From positions 44,903 to 108,902 of the forward strand of contig JBHLMP010000004.1 of assembly GCA_048938025.1 (NCBI GenBank): a stretch of 64,000 nucleotides of DNA, read 5' to 3'. This DNA comes from Promethearchaeota archaeon (lineage in GTDB: Archaea; Asgardarchaeota; Lokiarchaeia; Sigyniarchaeales; SOKP01). Both the position numbers and the translations under genes were made by a program. Position 1 is the first letter of the stretch. Every line of letters starts with the position of its first letter. Shown piece after piece: positions 8,634 to 17,025 of the stretch. Below the pieces are notes generated by a model. That model had not been told where the DNA came from. It saw only the letters and a list, made by a program, of their open reading frames with translations, and searched no databases.

Positions 8634-10646
8634 TTAACCAATTTCAATATCCATCTTTTTACGTTCTTCAAGTAGCTTTTCAACAACAGAAGGATCTGCT
8701 AACGTTGTAACGTTTCCGATTTCTGTTCCAGAAGCTATAGCTTTTAAGATTCTCCGCATTATCTTGCCACTTCGCGTCTTAGGTAAATCATCGGCAAATT
8801 GAATCACATCTGGCTGAAATACAGGACCGATCTCCTGTCTTACATGCATTCTTATCTCTTTCGATAACTTAGCTGATTTTTCGACTCCTTGGATTAAGGT
8901 TATAAATGCCCAAATTGCTTGTCCTTTGATTTTATGCGGAAATGGAGCTACAGCTGCTTCAGCAACCTTTGGATGGCTTACAAGAGCAGATTCTACTTCC
9001 ATAGTTCCAATTCGATGACCTGAGACTTTAATGACATCATCTAATCGCCCAAGAATCCAATAATAACCATCTTCATCTCGTCGTGCTCCATCACCAGTAT
9101 AATAGTATCCTGGATACTTTTCAAGATATGTTGATTTAAATCTCTCTGTATCTCCCCAAACGTCTCTTAACATTCCTGGCCAAGGTTGTGCCATGGCAAA
9201 ATACCCACCTTCATTTGGTTCTGTAATTTCGTCCCCTTCTAAATCGAAAATGACTGGTTTAATCCCTAAAAAGGGAAAACAACATGATCCTGGTTTTGTG
9301 GGTGTTGCTGTAGCAATTGGTGTCATTATAAAACCCCCTGTCTCTGTTAACCAATGTACGCGTTATGCGTCCATTTTTTGCCAGTAAGTATCAACTATTG
9401 GGGCTTTACCTTTTCCAACGACTTTATGGTACCAGGTCCAAGCTTCGGGATTTATTGGCTCTCCAACAGTTCCTAATACTTTTAATGAACTTAAATCATG
9501 CTTCTTAACTGGTTCATCACCATATCTCATCAAGGCGCGAATTGCTGTGGGAGCTGTATAGAAATGAGTTACTTTATTATGTTCTACAATATCCCAGAAT
9601 CTATCTACATCAGGATATGTTGGAACTCCCTCAAACATTAATGTAGTTGCACCATTAGCTAAAGGTCCATATACAATATAGGAGTGACCGGTAATCCAGC
9701 CGATATCTGCAGTACAGTACCAAATATCACTTTCATGGTAATTAAATACGATTTTATGTGTAAGCGACGTATATAATATATAACCTGCTGTTGTATGTTT
9801 AACACCTTTTGGTTTTCCAGTTGTTCCACTTGTATATAATATAAATAAAGTATCCTCAGAATCCATTGCTTCAGGTTCGCATTCATCGCTCATCCCTTCA
9901 ATAAAATCATGATACCAAATGTCTTTATTAGTGTGGGGAACTTCTCTTCCGGAACGTTTTACTACTATGACATGCTCTATTGTTGGAACATCATCAATAA
10001 TTTGAACAACATCTGATATTTTTGGATAAAATTTCCCTGCTCTTAATGTTTCATCGCTTGTGAATAAGAGTCGTGAGTCAGAATCATCGATTCGATCCTT
10101 TACAGCTTCTTTTGAGAAACCACCAAAAACTATAGAATGAATAACTCCAAGGCGAGCACAAGCAAGCATTATTATTGCTAATTCAGGAACCATAGGTAAC
10201 CAAATGGTTACACGATCTCCCTTTTTCAAACCAAGTTTTTTCATACCATTGGCAACTTTATTGACTTCTTTTAATAATTCAGTGTAAGTATAAGTTTTAA
10301 CATGTCCAGGTTCATCAGCTTCCCAAATAAGAGCCACTGTATCGCCTTTTCCAGCTTTTATGTGCCTATCTAAACTGTTATAAGCAACATTTAGTTTTCC
10401 TCCGACAAACCATTTACCAGGAAACAATTCTGTTTTTTCCCATACTTTTTTATAAGGCTCGAACCAGTCCAGAGATTTAGCTTGTTCATCCCAGAAACCT
10501 TCCATATCTTCGATTGATTGTTTGTAAAGTTTTTTATATTCTTCTAAAGATATACCTGTTTTAGCAAATTTCTTGTTTAACTTAACAGGATCGAAAATAC
10601 GTGTTTCAGTAAGAATACTTTCCATCTTTTTGTCTTTTTCAGACAT
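8634..10646 (-). CDS. acs: acetyl-CoA synthetase (AMP-forming), interrupted by a 30-nt in-frame insertion; 660 aa if the insert is removed
   Basis: ORFs 9363..10646 and 8634..9326 are in the same frame. Motifs YTSGTTGKPKG, GEPINPEAW, DTYWQ/TETGG, YYTGDGA, GRLDD and PKTRSGKIMRR are all intact. Confidence 0.93.
9347..9376 (-). other. putative bulge-helix-bulge mRNA micro-intron in acs
   Basis: 30-nt insert AAAUGGACGCAUAACGCGUACAUUGGUUAA contains an in-frame UAA. Removal restores WQTETGG. It forms an internal hairpin and two 3-nt bulges around a 4-position central helix. Confidence 0.6.
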
Positions 10647-10738
10647 ACCATTTCACTTCTTTGAATTTTATTATATTTGAATTATTTTATGTTATAATTT
10701 TTGTTAATACATTAAAAATTTTAAAGATTCATATTCAG

Positions 10739-10777
10739 TCTCATCGTATTTAAAATTATCATTTTAATAAGACGAGA
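10739..10777. promoter_or_regulatory. imperfect inverted repeat in the divergent acs / CoA-transferase-GNAT intergenic region
   Basis: tctcatcgtatttaaaat-tatc-attttaataagacgaga; the arms match with 2 mismatches and 1 indel. Confidence 0.35.
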
Positions 10778-10922
10778 ATAAGTCAAAAAATAGATATATT
10801 AAATCATTTTTAAACATTTTATTTATAATTTCAAAAAAATTATATGGATAAAAGAGTATATAATAAAACTATTCAATATAATTTTAATAAAATAAAATCT
10901 ATTTTTAGCGTGAGTATTAAAA

Positions 10923-12833
10923 ATGAAAAAGTTAGATTTTCCAGACAATGATTGGAGAAAGAAATGGATAGAGAAAGAGATCACAGCAGAAGAAGCAGTT
11001 AGAAAAATTATCCCAGGGAATAGAGTATTCATAGATTCAGGGTGTGCAGAACCACAGTTATTAACTACAGAATTAATTAAACATTCAGAAACGTTGATCG
11101 ATACTGAAATTCTCCATTTTTTAACAATAGGTCCTGAAAAATATTTCAAAGATAAAGCTGAAGATCTTTTCCGGCATAATGCATTTTTTATTGGAAAAAC
11201 TCTTCGTGAGGAAATAAATAAAGGACAAGCAGATTATACTCCGATTTATGCTAGTGAAATTCCATCTTTATTTGTGACAGGAAGAAAACATATTGATGTA
11301 GCTCTTATACAGATTACACCACCAGATCCTTATGGTTTTTGTTCTTTTGGAATTAATGTTGATATAGCAAAACCAATAGCAAAATCATCTTATATAACAA
11401 TTGCAGAAATTAATCCCCAAATGCCAAGAACGTTAGGCAACAGCTTTATTCATATGAAAGAAATTGATTATTATGTTTATAATGATGTTCCATTATTAGA
11501 ATTTCATTTTGATGAACCGGATGAAATTGCTAAAAGAATAGGACAGAATCTAGCAAATTTAATCGAAAATAAATCAACAATTCATGTTGGTTTTGGTGAT
11601 TTGCCAAATGCTGCTTTAAAATTTTTAGGTGAAAAAAAAGATTTAGGAATGCATTCGCATTATATTACAGACAATATAATACCTCTTATTGAAGAAGGTG
11701 TTTTAACATGTAGGAAAAAGAATTTTCACCCAGAAAAAATTTTAACCAGCTATGCTTTAGGGACTAAGAAATTATATGATTTTGTTAACAATAATCCCTA
11801 TCTTGAGTTTTATCCCTCTGATTATGTTTGTAATCCTAGATTTATTGGAATGAATAAAAAATTGGTGTCAATAAATTCTGCTCGCCAAATTGATCTAACT
11901 GGACAAGTAAATGCTTCTACAGAAGGATATCGATTTTATTCTGGACTTGGTGAAACTATTGATTTTATGAGAGGAGCCGCTTTTTCTAAAGGGGGTAAAC
12001 CGGTTATAATTATACCATCAACATCTAGAGATGGCAAAAAATCAAGAATAGTATCTCATTTAGATGAAGGGGCAGGGATAATGTTATCTCGAGGAGATGT
12101 GCATTATGTAGTAACCGAATGGGGTGTTGCTTATCTCCATGGCAAATCAATTAGAGAAAGAGTACTTGAATTGATTTGTATTGCCCATCCACAATTCCGT
12201 CAATCACTATTAGACGAGGCTAAAAAACTAAATTATGTATATTCTGACCAAGTACTTCCATGTGATGATAATGGGAATATTTGTCTTTATCCCTTTCAAT
12301 ATGTAACTATTTATGAAACACACGATAAACAAAAGATTAGAATACGTCCTGTTAAAACTACTGATGAACCATTATTAAGAGATTTGTATTACTCATTGAG
12401 TGAGAGGGATAGATATTTAAGGTTTTTTGAGTTGAAAAAAGAATTTACTCATTCTAAAACTCAATTTGAAGTAAATATTGATTATAACAATGTTTTTTCC
12501 ATTGGAGCATTTACAGGAGAAATTGGAAATGAAAAGATGATAGGAAATGCTACTTATTATTTAAATCCTAAATTAAATATGGGAGAGTATAGTTTCCTTG
12601 TGAGAGATGATTATAGAGGCAAAGGAATTGGTGGATTTCTCTATCAACAAATAATCATTATCGCAAAAGAAAGAGGATTAAAAGGACTTTATGGAAATAT
12701 TCATATTCAAAATAAAAGTGCTGTCAGAATAATTAGAACAGGTGGATATACTAGAATTACTCCTCCAGGAAATCTTGATGGAAAAGAACTGTTCTATGAA
12801 GTCTTTTTTGATAAAGAGGATTCAACAAATTGA
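10923..12833 (+). CDS. acetyl-CoA hydrolase/CoA-transferase fused to C-terminal GNAT acetyltransferase
   Basis: DVALIQITPPDPYGFCSFG, IDLTGQV, DFMRGA and VVTEWGVAYLHGKSIRER motifs; C-terminal IRIRP...VRDDYRGKGIG (GNAT motif A). Confidence 0.9.
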   Translation: MKKLDFPDNDWRKKWIEKEITAEEAVRKIIPGNRVFIDSGCAEPQLLTTELIKHSETLIDTEILHFLTIGPEKYFKDKAEDLFRHNAFFIGKTLREEINKGQADYTPIYASEIPSLFVTGRKHIDVALIQITPPDPYGFCSFGINVDIAKPIAKSSYITIAEINPQMPRTLGNSFIHMKEIDYYVYNDVPLLEFHFDEPDEIAKRIGQNLANLIENKSTIHVGFGDLPNAALKFLGEKKDLGMHSHYITDNIIPLIEEGVLTCRKKNFHPEKILTSYALGTKKLYDFVNNNPYLEFYPSDYVCNPRFIGMNKKLVSINSARQIDLTGQVNASTEGYRFYSGLGETIDFMRGAAFSKGGKPVIIIPSTSRDGKKSRIVSHLDEGAGIMLSRGDVHYVVTEWGVAYLHGKSIRERVLELICIAHPQFRQSLLDEAKKLNYVYSDQVLPCDDNGNICLYPFQYVTIYETHDKQKIRIRPVKTTDEPLLRDLYYSLSERDRYLRFFELKKEFTHSKTQFEVNIDYNNVFSIGAFTGEIGNEKMIGNATYYLNPKLNMGEYSFLVRDDYRGKGIGGFLYQQIIIIAKERGLKGLYGNIHIQNKSAVRIIRTGGYTRITPPGNLDGKELFYEVFFDKEDSTN

Positions 12834-13045
12834 TTAATCAGTTAAGATAACCCAAGAAAACTTCCAAAGGGCTTTTTTATAAAGGATTGAATAGATTGAA
12901 CCTTATCTAAATTGCTTCACTTCATTTCTAAAAAGCAATCTTTATTACTCGAGATTTCAATTATTACAAGTAAAAAAAGCACAGTTGTTATCACCAAGAA
13001 TTATTTTATGAAGTCTTTTTTGATAAAGAAAATTCCATGGAATAA
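12784..13045 (+). repeat. diverged 50-bp direct repeat duplicating the 3' end of the CoA-transferase-GNAT gene (12784-12833 and 12996-13045)
   Basis: 23-bp identical core tatgaagtcttttttgataaaga at 12795 and 13007; the copies encode ELFYEVFFDKEDSTN* and ELFYEVFFDKENSME*. Confidence 0.85.
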
Positions 13046-13094
13046 ATAAACAATATTTTTATCTTTCTTCTTTAATTATCAATTTTGTTGATTT

Positions 13095-13898
13095 ATGAGA
13101 TTTAAATTTACAGATTTTCATGTTCACACAAGAGATTGGAGTATAGATGTAGCAGACGATGGTCCTGCTTTTGAAGATTATATAAAAGTGGCTGAAAAGC
13201 ACCGAATTAATGTCTGTTTTCTTGATCATTATGAGCTTTATTACATAGAAAATGATAAGACCAATCCGTTTTATGGTGGTAAAATAGATGATTATCTTGA
13301 AGAGATTGATAACTTTAAAGAAACATATGATTTTATACTCAGCGGTTTAGAAGTTGAATATTATGAGGATAAAGAGATTCAACTACTTGAATTAATGGAT
13401 GATTATAGGAAAGAACTTGATTTTATTGGAGGATCTATTCACGAATGGATCATTGGTTATCCAATTACAACAAAAGAGGGTTTAACAGGCTTACTAGAAA
13501 AAAAGCCAATTAAACAAATTATTGATGAATATTTTAGGATTAGTGAAAAAATGATAAATTCGAATATTTTTAAGAATATCTGTCACATTGATACTATTTT
13601 TCGTTATATTAATAATAATGATTTAATACCTACAGATGATTGTGACGTTTCTGATAGTCGAATAATAAATTTAGGTCGTTTATGTATAAAAAATAGAATT
13701 AAGATAGAATTGAACTTATCTGGATTGAGGTTTCCAATAAATAGGACGTTTCCTTCCTTGCATGTTGTGAAAAAATTAAAGAATGAGGGAGGAGAATTTT
13801 TTGTAGGATCTGATTCACATTCAATTGAATATTTCAAAAAACAAATTCCAGAAGTACAGAAAGCTTACAATTTTTTAAATTTAATTCATAAAAATTAA
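13095..13898 (+). CDS. PHP-family phosphatase (histidinol-phosphatase HisJ/HisK-like)
   Basis: DFHVHT, LDH, GLEVE, GSIH, CHID and GSDSH motifs. Confidence 0.85.
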   Translation: MRFKFTDFHVHTRDWSIDVADDGPAFEDYIKVAEKHRINVCFLDHYELYYIENDKTNPFYGGKIDDYLEEIDNFKETYDFILSGLEVEYYEDKEIQLLELMDDYRKELDFIGGSIHEWIIGYPITTKEGLTGLLEKKPIKQIIDEYFRISEKMINSNIFKNICHIDTIFRYINNNDLIPTDDCDVSDSRIINLGRLCIKNRIKIELNLSGLRFPINRTFPSLHVVKKLKNEGGEFFVGSDSHSIEYFKKQIPEVQKAYNFLNLIHKN

Positions 13899-13910
13899 AT
13901 TATTATTAGC

Positions 13911-14627
13911 ATGGAATCAAACGAATTTATAGCAAGAGTGGATAAATGGGATCAAAAAATCATTCTGAAATATAATGGAATAGGAGGAAAAGCATTTACA
14001 TATGTATTAAAACCAATTTCATTTCTTGGGAGAGAAACGGTATGGATTTCTTTAATCGCATTTTATTTATTAATATGGTACGATCCGTTTTTATTTTCTC
14101 ATTTTTCTGCTATATTCTTAAATGGATTTATTTTAATATTCTCAATTAAGAATATTGTTAAAAGATCAAGACCATTTGACAGATTTAATGAAAATAAATT
14201 ACAAGTGTTAGAACGTAAGCCAGTCTCCAAGAGTTTTCCTTCTTGGCATTCGTATAATGTTGTTGCTTATGGGTTATTATTTGGCTTTTTACTAAATTCA
14301 CTTTTGTTGATGATTGTTATGTTATGTATTGCTGTGGTAGTATCTTTTTCAAGAATTCAAATAGGAGTACACTACCCTACTGATGTAATTTTTGGTTATT
14401 TTCTGGGAATTATTGGTTTTATTTTAGCAATCTATATCGTTTCCCCATTATTAAATATGCTTATAATATATTTAGAACAGTTTATTAAACAAGAAATTCA
14501 ATACCAACAAATTAATACAATGTTAATTAAAAACTTCTGGTATCTATTTTTATGTGTTGGTATTTTTTTAGGGATATTTTTATTAGCCATATCACGAGTG
14601 ATTAAAGAATATATTAAAAAAAAATAA
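13911..14627 (+). CDS. PAP2-family membrane phosphatase
   Basis: KNIVKRSRP, SFPSWH and SRIQIGVHYPTDV motifs. Confidence 0.9.
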   Translation: MESNEFIARVDKWDQKIILKYNGIGGKAFTYVLKPISFLGRETVWISLIAFYLLIWYDPFLFSHFSAIFLNGFILIFSIKNIVKRSRPFDRFNENKLQVLERKPVSKSFPSWHSYNVVAYGLLFGFLLNSLLLMIVMLCIAVVVSFSRIQIGVHYPTDVIFGYFLGIIGFILAIYIVSPLLNMLIIYLEQFIKQEIQYQQINTMLIKNFWYLFLCVGIFLGIFLLAISRVIKEYIKKK

Positions 14628-14636
14628 TATGCGTAT

Positions 14637-15896
14637 CTAAAGATCTAAGCGTTTTTTCTTCGCAAACAAGTCTTTTAACTCATCCAGAACCCGTAATCTT
14701 GTATTTTCTCTTGCTCCAACTTTAGCTTGATCTGGGTTAGCAATTCCTATTGGTACGCCACTTTGAGCCATTTGAAATGCTCCTGATTCTATAGCTCGAA
14801 GGCGGCTATCAATATCATTTAATTGTTTAGCCAAACTTTCAGAGAGTCGTATAATAACATTCATCGTTTCTTCTAATGTCTTACCAAGACCATCTACCTT
14901 TCTAAGGGTGGGATCAGCTAAAGAATGAGTATCACTCATTATTTTTTTTATGTATTTAGCAAATTGAGGTTCATGGGAAATCATTGAATAGATAGAAGTT
15001 AAATAAATCTCGACCTCAAAAATAAATTCTTTATTTTGTAATAATTCATTTAATTTCTCCTTTAAAAGCTCAGTATTCAATAAAATTTCAGGATCCTTCT
15101 TCAAATCAGGATCAAATTTATGAATAAAAACTAGAATATATGGATTTTCTTCTAAGGTTATTATTAAATCAATAACTTTACCAAAATAGTCTATTGTTTC
15201 ATCAAATCTATCTGAATCTTGGACGTCAATAACATAAATTAAAAGATCTATTTGCAGAAAGTATTGTTCTGGATTTTCTAAATATCTTGATCTGTATTCC
15301 TCTTGACCTCCTAAATCCCAGATATATAGAGAAAGCTTTTCACTGCCCACATTCATTCGATAAACTCCTTTTGTTGGTTGTGTCTTGATCAAATCACTTA
15401 CGCCTAGACGACCTCCCAGTTTGGATAAGGAGGCAGTCTTTCCAGCATTATCTAGTCCTGCTACTACAATCTTTTGTGCTTGAGTCCCAAAATCTCTTAT
15501 ATCAGCTTCAAAATTAGTAATTATGGAACTTATTGTTATTGCTTTTTTCAAATTTCTTTCAAGTGCAGGAAATTTTTCTTTAAGCTCCTCGATTTTTACT
15601 GACAAATTTTCTTTCATTTCAGATACAGTCGATGGATCCTCTGCGTCTTCAAGAAATTTAATTATACTTTCAAATGGGTTTTCTTTATTTAATTTTGAAA
15701 TTTCACTAATCTTAGAAATTTCGAACAATTCCTTTACAATATTTGATTCTTCTTTATTTAAGAATTTAAATGTATGAATTGGTAATTTTAAAATATCATC
15801 TAAAGTTTTTAGTTTGGTAATCTTAGCATCTTTAGGATCTAAGAATTTAGAAAATACATTTATTACACTAGAAAAATCTGTTTCTGTTTTAGCCAT
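14637..15896 (-). CDS. Arf/Rag-like small GTPase domain protein with N-terminal extension and C-terminal coiled coil
   Basis: GLDNAGKT, PTKG, WDLGGQ and HKFD motifs; ATG at 15896 preferred over TTG at 15908. Confidence 0.88.
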   Translation of the reverse strand: MAKTETDFSSVINVFSKFLDPKDAKITKLKTLDDILKLPIHTFKFLNKEESNIVKELFEISKISEISKLNKENPFESIIKFLEDAEDPSTVSEMKENLSVKIEELKEKFPALERNLKKAITISSIITNFEADIRDFGTQAQKIVVAGLDNAGKTASLSKLGGRLGVSDLIKTQPTKGVYRMNVGSEKLSLYIWDLGGQEEYRSRYLENPEQYFLQIDLLIYVIDVQDSDRFDETIDYFGKVIDLIITLEENPYILVFIHKFDPDLKKDPEILLNTELLKEKLNELLQNKEFIFEVEIYLTSIYSMISHEPQFAKYIKKIMSDTHSLADPTLRKVDGLGKTLEETMNVIIRLSESLAKQLNDIDSRLRAIESGAFQMAQSGVPIGIANPDQAKVGARENTRLRVLDELKDLFAKKKRLDL

Positions 15897-16106
15897 TTTA
15901 GTAATCAATCTTTCTTTTTAATTATATTATGTTAAAATAATTTTTATTATTATTTATTAAACTTTTAAGATACTAGTTAAAAAGATAAAGATTTAAATTT
16001 TCACACCCGTTTTTAATCTAGATCAAAATTTAAATATTTAGTTTATTTTAAATATAATACGAAAAAGTAATAATCCCAATAAAATCCTTTAATAATTTAA
16101 ACTATT

Positions 16107-17024
16107 ATGCCATCTCATTTTGAAGATGATGAATTCTTTGAGGATAAAGATCAAGAATCATGTTGTGATTCACCAAAGATCTCTCAAGAGGATGGTTTCT
16201 ATGTTTGTTTAAATTGTGGCTCTGTATACAGTAGAATTCTCGATGATAGCCCTCGAAGAGCTTTTACTCAAGAAGAGATCCAAAAAAGAAAAAGTAATGA
16301 AAGAGTCTACAGCCCAATTGGCCCCAGAACAATTATAAGAGGTAGTAGAGACGCTCGAGGAACATTATTAAGTCCAAAATATAAATCCAAATTTAATAGA
16401 CTAGCTAAAATTCATAGATCGCTGACTACAAGTTATGAGAGAAACTTATGGATTGCGTTACCAAACCTACAACGCTTACAAAAAAGACTAGGAATTCCTG
16501 ATACTGTTGCAGAAGATGCCCTTAGAATCTATACTCAAACTGTAAAAAAGAAATTGACTATGGGGAGAAGTATTGATACTTTACTTTCGGCTTCAATATT
16601 CGCTGCTTTAAGAGTCCATGGTATTCCAAGAACAGTTGAAGAAATAACAAAAGTAGCACAGATACCAAAAAAGAAGGTTATTAAAAGTTATAGATTAATA
16701 CTCATGGAAGTACTTCCCAAATTAAATTTAAAAGTTCAACACTTTTCACCAATTCGTTATGTTGATAAATTTAATGATGAATTAAAACTTTCTATGCAAT
16801 GTAGAAATATAGCTGTTAAAATAATTGAAAAAGCTAAAGAATGTGGATTTAACTCAGCAGGAAAAGACCCTAAAGGAATTGCGGCAGCAGCAATATATAT
16901 TGGTTCAAAAATCTGCGATGAAAATCGAACTCAGAAGGAAATTAGCAAGTTAGCGCGCGTTACTGAAGTTACTTTAAGAATGAGAGTAAAAGATTTGCAA
17001 AAATATGCTAGCATTGTTGAATAA
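16107..17024 (+). CDS. tfb: transcription initiation factor IIB (TFB) paralog
   Basis: Zn ribbon CC...VCLNCG and two cyclin repeats (GRSID...PRTVEEI; GKDPKGIAAAAIYI...RTQKEISKLARVTEVTLRMR). Confidence 0.92.
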   Translation: MPSHFEDDEFFEDKDQESCCDSPKISQEDGFYVCLNCGSVYSRILDDSPRRAFTQEEIQKRKSNERVYSPIGPRTIIRGSRDARGTLLSPKYKSKFNRLAKIHRSLTTSYERNLWIALPNLQRLQKRLGIPDTVAEDALRIYTQTVKKKLTMGRSIDTLLSASIFAALRVHGIPRTVEEITKVAQIPKKKVIKSYRLILMEVLPKLNLKVQHFSPIRYVDKFNDELKLSMQCRNIAVKIIEKAKECGFNSAGKDPKGIAAAAIYIGSKICDENRTQKEISKLARVTEVTLRMRVKDLQKYASIVE

Positions 17025-17025
17025 T

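Noticed and set aside
9326-9365. Frameshift, selenocysteine/pyrrolysine readthrough, or naturally split two-subunit Acs
   Set aside because: Both halves are in the same frame and the stop is UAA, not UGA or UAG. Readthrough would leave 10 extra residues in the AMP-binding motif, and a restart at 9326 would drop TETGG.
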